Assembly: GCA_023146135.1 (NCBI GenBank)
Contig: JAGLCR010000027.1
Location: 609-64,608, forward strand
Origin: Bacteroidales bacterium
GTDB taxonomy: Bacteria; Bacteroidota; Bacteroidia; Bacteroidales; UBA1556
Length of the DNA stretch: 64,000 nucleotides
Direction: 5' to 3'
In this document: one piece after another, positions 17,732 through 26,441 of the stretch
How the letters are laid out: each line of letters starts with the position of its first letter
Numbering within the stretch: the stretch's first letter is position 1
Program-made: the position numbers and the translations under genes
The notes under the pieces: model-generated
Seen by the model: the letters and a program-made list of their open reading frames with translations, nothing else
Databases searched by the model: none
Told to the model about the DNA's origin: nothing

Positions 17732-18064
17732 ATGTGTATTCTAGTAAAAACAAATAGAGGAGTTGAATTCATTAGAATTGAATCAATTATCTCAATCGAA
17801 TCAATTGGCAAAGTGACAGAAATCTATATGGATTATGAAACAGTGGTTACCAAGCAGTCACTATCAAGTTTCTTAGACGCAAACTTAGGCTGCCTTCAAC
17901 AGGTAAATAGAACTACAATAGTAAACATAAACAGAATAAAGAAAATCAATATTAATGGTGTTATTCTTATTGTAATTAATGAAAAGCCTAAAACAATAAA
18001 AGTAACGAGAAGCTTCAAAGGAAAATTCATGAATTTAATTAAATCTGAATTTGTTACGATATAA
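17732..18064 (+). CDS. Stand-alone LytTR-type DNA-binding domain protein (110 aa, no receiver)
   Basis: FIRIESIISIES..VTEIYMDYETVVTKQSLSSFLD..LQQVNRTTIVNINRIKKIN follows the LytTR pattern (i..I.yie...i.t....sl..le..F.r.HRS.IVN...I). The usual HRS is replaced by NRT. Confidence 0.55.
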   Translation: MCILVKTNRGVEFIRIESIISIESIGKVTEIYMDYETVVTKQSLSSFLDANLGCLQQVNRTTIVNINRIKKININGVILIVINEKPKTIKVTRSFKGKFMNLIKSEFVTI

Positions 18065-18183
18065 TGTAATACCCCACCAATTATAATCGAAAAAATAACA
18101 TTGTAACATTTTCAGAGAGTAAGGACGTCTAATTTGCATAGAGTTTTCCTCTTTATTGCCATGATTAACGGGATTTATTTCAC

Positions 18184-18225
18184 GAAAAACAAAGAGGGAC
18201 TAACTGATATAGCTAATCCCTCTTT
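18184..18225 (-). terminator. Rho-independent terminator downstream of tRNA-Ser
   Basis: Perfect 9-bp stem aaagaggga (18191-18199) / tccctcttt (18217-18225). On the minus strand it is followed by GTTTTTCG. Confidence 0.5.
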
Positions 18226-18267
18226 TAGTCCCTGTAGCTTGTATATTCTTGATAATCAAGCTATATT

Positions 18268-18355
<88 letters not shown>

Positions 18356-18665
18356 TTTTGCTTAAACGCTTCCGTTTTTAGCGGCTGCAAAGATAAATAA
18401 TTGTTTTACATAATCACAATTTTATAAAAATTATTTATCTCTCTTCTTTTAGGTAATCGTTGATTACACATTTTTCTTGTGTTATAATTTGGCAAATTCA
18501 GGTCAGTCTCCTCGTGTAAATTTATATTCTATTAACAGTTAGAGCTTTACTGATATTTGAAAGTAAATTAGTCATAGTTTGAGTTCTCCCTCCTTCGATT
18601 AATTATATTTTTTGTTAATTTTCTTAATTTATTTCTTACTTTAGCCTCGGTTATAATTAAATCCT

Positions 18666-20825
18666 ATGCACACAAACAAATTGCTCATATTATTCGCTAT
18701 TCTTCTGGCTTTGCCATTAAATACGATAAGTCAGAATCGACTAGATAGCCTGAAAACATTACTTAGCAAAACATCTTCAGACACACTTATATTTGACTAT
18801 TGCTACTCGATATCATTAGATTATATAAAAATTGCTCCTGACTCTAGTCTGAAATATCTTAAACTTGGTCTTAAGTCTATCGATAAATCGAGGTTCACTG
18901 AGCGTTATTACGATGGAATTAACCTAAAAGGCGCATGCTATTGGTTTGATAATAATATGGATAGTGCTAGAGATACCTATATCCAAGGGCTAGCATTTTC
19001 TAAAATTAATCATGACACTAATATGACAGCCAAGATCTCAAACAATCTTGCTATTACATATCAATACCTAAGTGAAATAGATTCATCAGAAAAACACCTC
19101 ATTGAAGCATGCCGGCTATATCGTTTGCTTGACAATAAAAAAGCCTTAGCCAAAGCTTCGCTTGATCTAGGCAGCCTATATACCATGGAAAGTAGATATG
19201 ATTTAGCTATTGAAGAACTACTTATTGGATTAGAAATACTTGAAGAAATTGATGATTCCTTGTACCTTATACACGGTTATAATAGCATCGGAAATTTATA
19301 TATTAATATCGACGACCACCTAACTGCCCTTAAATACTATAAAAAATCATTGAAAATGGTTTATGAGTTTGATAAGGCCGATATTAGTGATGAGTTATAT
19401 TGCAATATAGGCATGGTTTATTTTCAAGACGAAAATAACTATGACTCAGCTGAATATTATTTCGAAAAAACACTTTCGAAAGAGGGTATAGAAAATAATC
19501 ATCTGCTATACTCCATAGCTTTAGTAAACCTTGGTGCCTTAAAAAACAATCAAGGAAAATTTGCCGAAGCATTAGAATATTTTAAAATTATTTCAGCCCT
19601 TGATGATGAACAATCGGACCCCCACTCAAAGATGGCTTGTTACGTAAATATGGGCAATACTTACCTTGAACTAGGAGAAGTTCCAAAAGCAAGAATCAAC
19701 TTAGAAGAAGGCCTAAAACGATCAATTACCCTTAGCAGTCTTGAATTTCAGAAGAGTGCATACAAGCACTTGTCAAAATGCGACTCTATTGAGGGCAAGT
19801 ATTATTCTGCTTATTTGAACTATAAGAATTTTCATGCTGTAGAAATGGAAATACATAGCGTAATAGCTGAAGAAAAAATAAGCTTGCTTAATTCAAAAAA
19901 TAAATTAACACATATTAAAGAACAGAATAAGCATCTAGAAAAACAAAATGGACTAAAACAGGCCCTTATACAGAAACATAAATACCTTAATGCGCTAATT
20001 GCCTTTGCTCTGCTTCTTACAATATTAATACTGCTATTCACTTATAGTATGTACAATAAAACGAAGCGATTGAACGTAGTATTGCAGGCTAAAAACGAAG
20101 AGATTAGTAAACAAAAAGAAGAATTTCAACTTCTCAACGGTCAACTAAACAAGTTGATATCAATTATTGCCCATGACTTGAAAGCCCCTTTCAACTCTTT
20201 ATTAGGACTATTGGGCGAATTAGATACAAACTCAACACAATATACCGAAGATGAAAAAAATGCTATTATAAAGAGCTTGTTGCAAAATACTAGAAGCACG
20301 TATCAATTACTTGAAAACCTTATGGAATGGTCAATATCGAAAACAGGTATTCTTAAAATGACCACAAAAAAAGTAAACCTTTTGCAGCTTATAAACGAAG
20401 TACTTCAATTGAATAAAATTCAAATTGAGAACAAAATGCTAGTTATAAATAATCAGGTAAATCCTCATGCTGATGTATTTGCTGACCGAAAAATGACCTA
20501 TACCATATTGACCAATTTAATAAACAATGCAATTAAATTTACACATAGCAGTGGTATTATCATTATTAGTACTGAAACTACAAGTGATTTTATTAAGATA
20601 ATAATAAATGATAATGGGATTGGAATTGAGCAAAAGTATCTTGCAAATATTTTTTCCATCGATTCAGATTACCAAATGCGAGGAACCGAAAACGAATATG
20701 GTACTGGCTTAGGCCTTAAAGTAGTTGCCGAGTTTGCCCGAAGGATGAATGGTAAAGTTAAGGTTGAAAGTGAGCTTAATAAGGGTACTATATTTACTAT
20801 TGAACTACCAATTAATCCTAATTAG
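18666..20825 (+). CDS. TPR-repeat sensor histidine kinase
   Basis: Signal peptide, then about 380 aa of TPR-like repeats, a TM segment (LNALIAFALLLTILILLFTYSMY) and a coiled coil. H-box IIAHDLKAPFNSL and HATPase motifs (NLINNAIKFT, NDNGIGI, GTGLGLKVV). No receiver gene is adjacent. Confidence 0.85.
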   Translation: MHTNKLLILFAILLALPLNTISQNRLDSLKTLLSKTSSDTLIFDYCYSISLDYIKIAPDSSLKYLKLGLKSIDKSRFTERYYDGINLKGACYWFDNNMDSARDTYIQGLAFSKINHDTNMTAKISNNLAITYQYLSEIDSSEKHLIEACRLYRLLDNKKALAKASLDLGSLYTMESRYDLAIEELLIGLEILEEIDDSLYLIHGYNSIGNLYINIDDHLTALKYYKKSLKMVYEFDKADISDELYCNIGMVYFQDENNYDSAEYYFEKTLSKEGIENNHLLYSIALVNLGALKNNQGKFAEALEYFKIISALDDEQSDPHSKMACYVNMGNTYLELGEVPKARINLEEGLKRSITLSSLEFQKSAYKHLSKCDSIEGKYYSAYLNYKNFHAVEMEIHSVIAEEKISLLNSKNKLTHIKEQNKHLEKQNGLKQALIQKHKYLNALIAFALLLTILILLFTYSMYNKTKRLNVVLQAKNEEISKQKEEFQLLNGQLNKLISIIAHDLKAPFNSLLGLLGELDTNSTQYTEDEKNAIIKSLLQNTRSTYQLLENLMEWSISKTGILKMTTKKVNLLQLINEVLQLNKIQIENKMLVINNQVNPHADVFADRKMTYTILTNLINNAIKFTHSSGIIIISTETTSDFIKIIINDNGIGIEQKYLANIFSIDSDYQMRGTENEYGTGLGLKVVAEFARRMNGKVKVESELNKGTIFTIELPINPN

Positions 20826-20837
20826 TTATTCTAATTT

Positions 20838-22145
20838 TCAAGAATAATCATGCGTTATTTTTCTGTTTCTATACGACCAAATCATATATAAAACTCCTAT
20901 TGCAAGAGATAAAATAGCAATACCGAATGTAACAGAAAAGCCCCACAATTGATAAAAAATAACTCCCAACTGAAATGATATAATGGCTCTAAAGCCTGTC
21001 AATGACAAATGTACAGCCTGATATTGAGCAGCCTCTTCTTTTTTACAAAAATACGCCGAACCAATAAACCACAATAAAGCCATTGTAGCAGCAAATACCC
21101 CATAAAAGAGATAGGCAATTAGTAACATCCCAAACACTTCGATTGAACCTAGCTGGAAAGAAAAAGGAAAGTGTTCAGTAAGCGCCATAAATAGCAAGTA
21201 AAATAATAAAGAAGCAAAAGTAATGGCCGCAAACTTACGTGGATCAATTTTGCCTAATACCTTTCCAAAATAAGGTAATAAAAGTATTGCTAGAACATTA
21301 TAACCATTTTTATAGAATCCATACGTAGCATGATTCATCTCCAAAGCATCGTTAAAATAAATAGCTATAATGGAGGCGGTAATCATCCAAGCAAAACCAT
21401 AAAACATAAATCCTATTTCGAATTGTCGATAAGGTTGATTGTTTACCAAAATAGATTTCATTTCGCGCAATGAATTAAAACTTGCAGCTACAAAGCCTCG
21501 TTTAATAACTACATCTTCTTGTGGCACTTTTATTTTTGCTAATAGTACAATCGATATAATTCCCAATATTGCCAAAATAGGATATATATATACAAAAGCA
21601 TAATTATCAATATCAAGCAGAAAACCAAATCCAAAGGTTACAAACATCAATACGGTTTTATTGATGGAGCTAGCATAGCTATATAACCGCCCAAAATTAG
21701 CATGTTCGTATGCTCCTTTAAGCATTTGGTTAATAATTGGAAGAACCAGTATTAGATTGAGGTAAAAGAAAAAGAAAATACCAAGAAATATATAATGATA
21801 ATAAGGAAAAGCTTGATATGCCAATTCACTACTTGGAAAAAAAGCAATACCAAAAAGAGGGATATGCGTAATGATTGACGCCCAAATCAACATTTTCTTT
21901 TTGTCGGCAATTCTCCTAAGAAACTCATTTACAAAAACGGAGAAAAGCATAAGAATTACACTTAATTGCAATAAATAACTAAGCTGCATTTTTGTACCTA
22001 GCATATCTTTAATAAAAACAAACTCATTAAGAGCAAATACACCCATTATAACTCCCTGAATAACTGAGAATAAAATGTGTATTTTAAAGACTCCAAACTC
22101 CGATTTAGATATCTTTAAACGTTTATTAATAGCTTTACTGGTCAT
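20838..22145 (-). CDS. Polytopic membrane transporter, probably MFS
   Basis: 435 aa with about 12 hydrophobic segments and a basic loop after TM2 (LRRIADKKKM) resembling MFS motif A. Confidence 0.55.
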   Translation of the reverse strand: MTSKAINKRLKISKSEFGVFKIHILFSVIQGVIMGVFALNEFVFIKDMLGTKMQLSYLLQLSVILMLFSVFVNEFLRRIADKKKMLIWASIITHIPLFGIAFFPSSELAYQAFPYYHYIFLGIFFFFYLNLILVLPIINQMLKGAYEHANFGRLYSYASSINKTVLMFVTFGFGFLLDIDNYAFVYIYPILAILGIISIVLLAKIKVPQEDVVIKRGFVAASFNSLREMKSILVNNQPYRQFEIGFMFYGFAWMITASIIAIYFNDALEMNHATYGFYKNGYNVLAILLLPYFGKVLGKIDPRKFAAITFASLLFYLLFMALTEHFPFSFQLGSIEVFGMLLIAYLFYGVFAATMALLWFIGSAYFCKKEEAAQYQAVHLSLTGFRAIISFQLGVIFYQLWGFSVTFGIAILSLAIGVLYMIWSYRNRKITHDYS

Positions 22146-22149
22146 TATA

Positions 22150-22187
22150 AAAATATAAAAAGGCAGCCCAATTTTCTTGAGCTGCCT
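22150..22187 (-). terminator. Rho-independent terminator after iorB
   Basis: Stem aggcagc (22161-67) / gctgcct (22181-87). On the minus strand it is followed by TTTTTATATTTT. Confidence 0.55.
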
Positions 22188-22210
22188 AGAATTTTATTAT
22201 AGAGCGATTA

Positions 22211-22792
22211 TTATAAAAACTTTTCAGCTTCTTTCATTCCTGCTTTAAGGGCATTGATATTCAAATTTACAATATCGTCACCTTTTTTTCCAAAAATCAT
22301 TTTAAGAGCACCTTCAAAATCACTTAGCTCTAATCCAATAAATGGAATAGCAGCACCCAAAATCACCATATTAGCAGCTTTTAAGCTTCCTAAATCCTTA
22401 GCAATCTGGTCAGCATTTAAAATTACATGTTTAGGAAATCTCTTTAACTCTTCTATTACACCATCAATTTCCGGATAATTTGGAATATTCTTGAAAGGAA
22501 TAGAGTTGGTAATCAACCACCCATCTTTAGCCAACATTTTCACATGTCGCAAAGCCTCCATAGGCTCCACACCAATAACGATGTCTGCTTTACCTTGAGG
22601 AATCAGATCTGAGAAGATTTCTTCAGACGACAACCGTAGGTTCGACATTACATCACCACCACGTTGACTCATTCCATGAACTTCAGATTGTTTTAAGTAC
22701 AATCCCTTGTTTACAGCAGCGGTACCAATGGTAGCAGCAATAGTTAAAATACCTTGCCCTCCTACTCCGCCTAAAACTATATCTTTTTGCAT
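22211..22792 (-). CDS. iorB: Indolepyruvate:ferredoxin oxidoreductase, beta subunit
   Basis: MQKDIVLGGVGGQGILTIAATIG...EVHGMSQRGGDV is the gamma-domain signature of 2-oxoacid:ferredoxin oxidoreductases. The gene is paired with iorA. Confidence 0.8.
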   Translation of the reverse strand: MQKDIVLGGVGGQGILTIAATIGTAAVNKGLYLKQSEVHGMSQRGGDVMSNLRLSSEEIFSDLIPQGKADIVIGVEPMEALRHVKMLAKDGWLITNSIPFKNIPNYPEIDGVIEELKRFPKHVILNADQIAKDLGSLKAANMVILGAAIPFIGLELSDFEGALKMIFGKKGDDIVNLNINALKAGMKEAEKFL

Positions 22793-22819
22793 TTTATATA
22801 TTATTAAAAAATGATAATC

Positions 22820-24418
22820 TTATTTTTTCTTACTTGCACGAATTCTAGCACCTAAAGTAATGATACACTCTCGACGAGGAATCACAACAGAAACACCATT
22901 ATATTCCATCTCCTCTTGCATCACCTTGATATTTTCTTCATGATTTTTCTTGATAGGATTAATCACACGAACGTGATCTTTATCTACACCTAAACCAATA
23001 CAAATATCTTCAATTTTCCCGGTAGCTTGCGATGTTTGACCACCTGTCATACCCGTGGTTCCGTTATCCAGAATTAAAACAGTAACAGGCGCTTTGGCAT
23101 TCACACAATCCAACAATCCGGTAAGACCAGAGTGTGTAAATGTAGAATCACCAATAACAGCTACCGAAGGCACAAGACCAGCTTCAGCAGCACCTTTAGC
23201 CATGGTAATTGATGCACCCATATCTACACATGAGTTAATCGACTCCAATGGTTCTAGGGCAGCTAAAGTATAGCAACCGATATCAGAGAACACTCTACCT
23301 TCACCATAATATTCCATTACCACATTCAAGGCTGTATATGAATCAGTATGAGGGCATCCAGCGCATAAAGCTGGTGGGCGTTGGGTAACAACTCCCGGAG
23401 TTTCATATTGCTCAACTATTTCATGACCTAAAGCTTTGGCCACAATATTTGGATTTAATTCGCCATCACGTGGCAAAGCGCCATCTAAACGACCATGAAC
23501 TGTTTTACCTAAATCTAAATATCCTTTCAGTTGCTCCTCAACCAATGGATAACCATCTTCACACACTAATATTTCATCTACACTATCGTAGAATTCTCTA
23601 AGCATCTTGAGAGGCATAGGATATTGAGCTATTTTAAGAACAGGAAAATCGATTCCTTCAGGAAAATTCTCCATTAAATAATTATACGCAATACCTGTAG
23701 TAATTACTCCTAGACTCTTATCTTTACCATCAAGAAGCATATTATAACCTTTTTCTTCAGACTCTTTTTCGAAAAGAGGCTGATTGGCTAATAAGCTCTT
23801 ATACTGCACACGTGCAATACCTGGCAACAATACAAACTGACGACTATTCTTAGGAAGCTTCAACTCATTTTGTGGAGTTTTCTCTCCCAAAACTATTCCT
23901 GCACGAGAGTGTGCCAAACGCGTAGTAATACGAATAAGTACTGGAACATTCAATCGCTCCGACATTTCAAACGCATAGCTCATCATATCGTAAGCATCTT
24001 GCTGATTTACCGGCTCTAAAATAGGAATCTGTGCAAACTTACCGTAGTAACGAGAATCTTGTTCATTCTGCGAGGAGTGCATTGATGGATCATCAGCCGA
24101 AACTATTACTATTCCACCATTAACACCTGTAATTGCCGCATTCATAAATGCATCAGCAGCAACATTTAATCCCACGTGCTTCATGGTAACTAAAGCGCGT
24201 TTTCCTGCATAAGAAGTTCCTATTGCCATTTCCATGGAAGTCTTCTCGTTGGTTGTCCACGAGGCAACAATTCCACCATTTTTTGCTTCCTTCGAACGAA
24301 GTATATACTCTGTAATCTCAGTTGAAGGTGTTCCAGGATAGGCATAAACCGCAGATAAACCTGCATCAACTGCTCCTTGGGCTATTGCTTCATCCCCTAA
24401 TAATACGATCTTTTGCAT
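22820..24418 (-). CDS. iorA: Indolepyruvate:ferredoxin oxidoreductase, alpha subunit (TPP-binding)
   Basis: LLGDEAIAQGAVDAGLSAVYAYPGTPSTEI at the N-terminus, a CAGCPH cluster motif and the TPP motif GDSTFTHSG...LDNGTTGMTGGQ. Confidence 0.85.
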   Translation of the reverse strand: MQKIVLLGDEAIAQGAVDAGLSAVYAYPGTPSTEITEYILRSKEAKNGGIVASWTTNEKTSMEMAIGTSYAGKRALVTMKHVGLNVAADAFMNAAITGVNGGIVIVSADDPSMHSSQNEQDSRYYGKFAQIPILEPVNQQDAYDMMSYAFEMSERLNVPVLIRITTRLAHSRAGIVLGEKTPQNELKLPKNSRQFVLLPGIARVQYKSLLANQPLFEKESEEKGYNMLLDGKDKSLGVITTGIAYNYLMENFPEGIDFPVLKIAQYPMPLKMLREFYDSVDEILVCEDGYPLVEEQLKGYLDLGKTVHGRLDGALPRDGELNPNIVAKALGHEIVEQYETPGVVTQRPPALCAGCPHTDSYTALNVVMEYYGEGRVFSDIGCYTLAALEPLESINSCVDMGASITMAKGAAEAGLVPSVAVIGDSTFTHSGLTGLLDCVNAKAPVTVLILDNGTTGMTGGQTSQATGKIEDICIGLGVDKDHVRVINPIKKNHEENIKVMQEEMEYNGVSVVIPRRECIITLGARIRASKKK

Positions 24419-24458
24419 ATATAATCTAATTTAATATTTTTTGATATTCAATTTGTCG

Positions 24459-24466
24459 CAAAAGTA
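24459..24466 (-). promoter_or_regulatory. Candidate -7 box (TACTTTTG on the minus strand) for iorAB
   Basis: Exact TAnnTTTG match 41-48 nt upstream of the iorA ATG. A possible TTG lies about 22 nt further upstream. Confidence 0.3.
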
Positions 24467-24718
24467 AAAATAATTATGATATATATGGCAATATTTAACA
24501 CTTAAGTCATTTAGTATATATTGCTGTATACATGACGATTAGTGACATTTGCAATATATTTATAACGTTTCTATTTAATAGCGTTTAAAATTAAACAATT
24601 AAGTATAAATATAATCGTTAAAAAGCGTAACTTTAGGCTCGTATAATGAGTATATAAAAAAAGGTGTTTTTATTACACCTAAGAATATTGAACTTTAGTA
24701 ATTTTTAAACAATAAAAA

Positions 24719-25852
24719 ATGAATTTCTTAGCACATCTGAAGCTTTCAGGAGACCATGAAAAAATCATGCTAGGAAATTTTATTGCCGATCATATTCGAG
24801 GAAATAAAATCCACCATTTTCCACAAGAGATTATTGATGGTATTATGTTGCATCGAAAAATTGATTATTATACAGACCACCACCCTGCCTTTATTCAAAC
24901 ACGCACACGCCTTCATAAAAAATATCATAAATATGCAGGGGTAATAGCCGATATTTTCTACGATCATTTTTTAGCTCGTAACTGGGATGAGTATTCCGAG
25001 ATATCTCTTTCTCATTTCACCTCATATAGCTATGGTATTTTACTTCGTAACTATACTGTTTTGCCTCGCAAAACAAAGCAATTATTACCTTTTATCATCA
25101 TGCAAAATTGGCTAGCTAGTTATGGTAAATTTGATGGACTTACCCGAGCATTTGATATGATGGCTCGTAGAGCTAAAAACAAGTCCAACATGGAATTTGC
25201 TGTGAATGATTTACGTGCCGATTATGAACTATACAAGTCTGATTTTGAACGATTTTTTCCTGATATTGCTGCCTTTTGCGAAAAAGAATTGACTATACTT
25301 TTTCCTGGCGAAGAGAGTGCTAATAGCAATCGAATTATTAAAACAGCAAAGATTGAATTGATAATAAAAGAGCGCGAAAAAGAAAAGAAGAAGCTTGAAG
25401 CAGCTCAAAAAAAGAAAGAAGAAAAAGAGCTGGCAAAAAAAGCTAAAGAAAAGGCGAAAAAACTAGAAAAAGAACGTAAAAATAAAGAGAAAAAGCTAAG
25501 AGAGCTTGAAAAATTAGCTGAAAAGGAAAAGAAGAAGAAGAAAACCAAATTAAAAAAATCGACGAGTAAAAACAAGAAGCCGAAAGAAGCAAAAAAGAAA
25601 CCTACGGTTCAAGCTGAATCGAAGAAAAAAACGGATGCCAAGAAAAAGGAAGCTGTTGTAAAAAAGAAAAACACTACTAAAAAAGCAAGCCCAAAATCGA
25701 AACAAATAAAAAAGGCTACTACTAAAGCTAAGGAAAAAACCTACTCTCGTATAAAGGCAATAAATGAGTATACTGATAAAAATTTAGAATCATTGAAGGA
25801 TTTATCAAAGGACTATATAAAGCGAATTCGCACTTCGAAGTACTTACCCTAG
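24719..25852 (+). CDS. acpH: Acyl carrier protein phosphodiesterase (AcpH) domain fused to a ~170-aa Lys/Glu-rich tail
   Basis: The N-terminus MNFLAHLKLSGDHEKIMLGNFIADHIRG...HRKIDYYTDHHP is the AcpH signature (from memory). From about aa 205 (nt 25331) the protein is low-complexity (KEREKEKKKLEAAQKKKEEKE...KKKPTVQAESKKK). Confidence 0.7.
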   Translation: MNFLAHLKLSGDHEKIMLGNFIADHIRGNKIHHFPQEIIDGIMLHRKIDYYTDHHPAFIQTRTRLHKKYHKYAGVIADIFYDHFLARNWDEYSEISLSHFTSYSYGILLRNYTVLPRKTKQLLPFIIMQNWLASYGKFDGLTRAFDMMARRAKNKSNMEFAVNDLRADYELYKSDFERFFPDIAAFCEKELTILFPGEESANSNRIIKTAKIELIIKEREKEKKKLEAAQKKKEEKELAKKAKEKAKKLEKERKNKEKKLRELEKLAEKEKKKKKTKLKKSTSKNKKPKEAKKKPTVQAESKKKTDAKKKEAVVKKKNTTKKASPKSKQIKKATTKAKEKTYSRIKAINEYTDKNLESLKDLSKDYIKRIRTSKYLP

Positions 25853-26359
25853 AGCAGCCTTTATATCAGCCTCCAAAACCTTAGTATCAAGCCCTCTAGC
25901 ACGTAAAGTAATTTGTGCAGCCTTCTCGTAACAAGGTCTTCGCTCGTCCAATTTCTCCATTAAAAAATCTGACACTTCTGCCACTTCCATCTCCGTAAAC
26001 ATTTCACCTTTTTTGCGAAGAGCCATTACCCCTTTCATCACACAACCCACACCAGCACGTAAATACACTATCAAGCCACTGCCCTGCATTATTTCCATAT
26101 TATCGCCAACACAGGGAGTACCAATACCAAATGACACCATCAGATTTTCTTGGCTCTGAATATCAAGCAATAAATCCTCCTCAATTTCTCTAAAATAATC
26201 CTCTCCCTTATTGCGAAAGATCTCTTGCACTTTCATTCCCTCTGCACCTTCCAGGTACTCATCAGTGTCAATATGTGTTAAACCCCATTTCTCGGCAATA
26301 CGTGCTGCATGCTTTTTAGTGCCACTGCCAATAAAACCTATTAAATATATATTCTGCAT
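25844..26359 (-). CDS. aroK: Shikimate kinase-like protein with an atypical P-loop
   Basis: Shikimate-kinase layout: IYLIGFIGSGTKKHAARIAEKWGLTHIDTDEYLE..VQEIFRNKGEDYFREIEE ... DERRPCYEKAA. The Walker A reads GSGTKK instead of GxGK(S/T), and the GGG box reads GIGTP. Confidence 0.6.
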   Translation of the reverse strand: MQNIYLIGFIGSGTKKHAARIAEKWGLTHIDTDEYLEGAEGMKVQEIFRNKGEDYFREIEEDLLLDIQSQENLMVSFGIGTPCVGDNMEIMQGSGLIVYLRAGVGCVMKGVMALRKKGEMFTEMEVAEVSDFLMEKLDERRPCYEKAAQITLRARGLDTKVLEADIKAALG

Positions 26360-26371
26360 TCCTTATAATCT

Positions 26372-26417
26372 AAAAAAACAACAGCCGCAAATCCGTTGAT
26401 TAATCTGAATTTGCGGC
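26372..26417 (-). terminator. Rho-independent terminator after the AsmA-family gene
   Basis: 9-bp stem gccgcaaat (26384-92) / atttgcggc (26409-17). On the minus strand it is followed by TGTTGTTTTTTT. Confidence 0.6.
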
Positions 26418-26441
26418 CATCTAATAACTATAATCACCAAC

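Noticed and set aside
25331-25852. K/E-rich region as a separate gene or a frameshift artefact
   Set aside because: The frame is continuous from the AcpH domain with no stop or obvious slippage point, and no alternative start with a sensible N-terminus was seen. It is reported as a fusion that needs verification.
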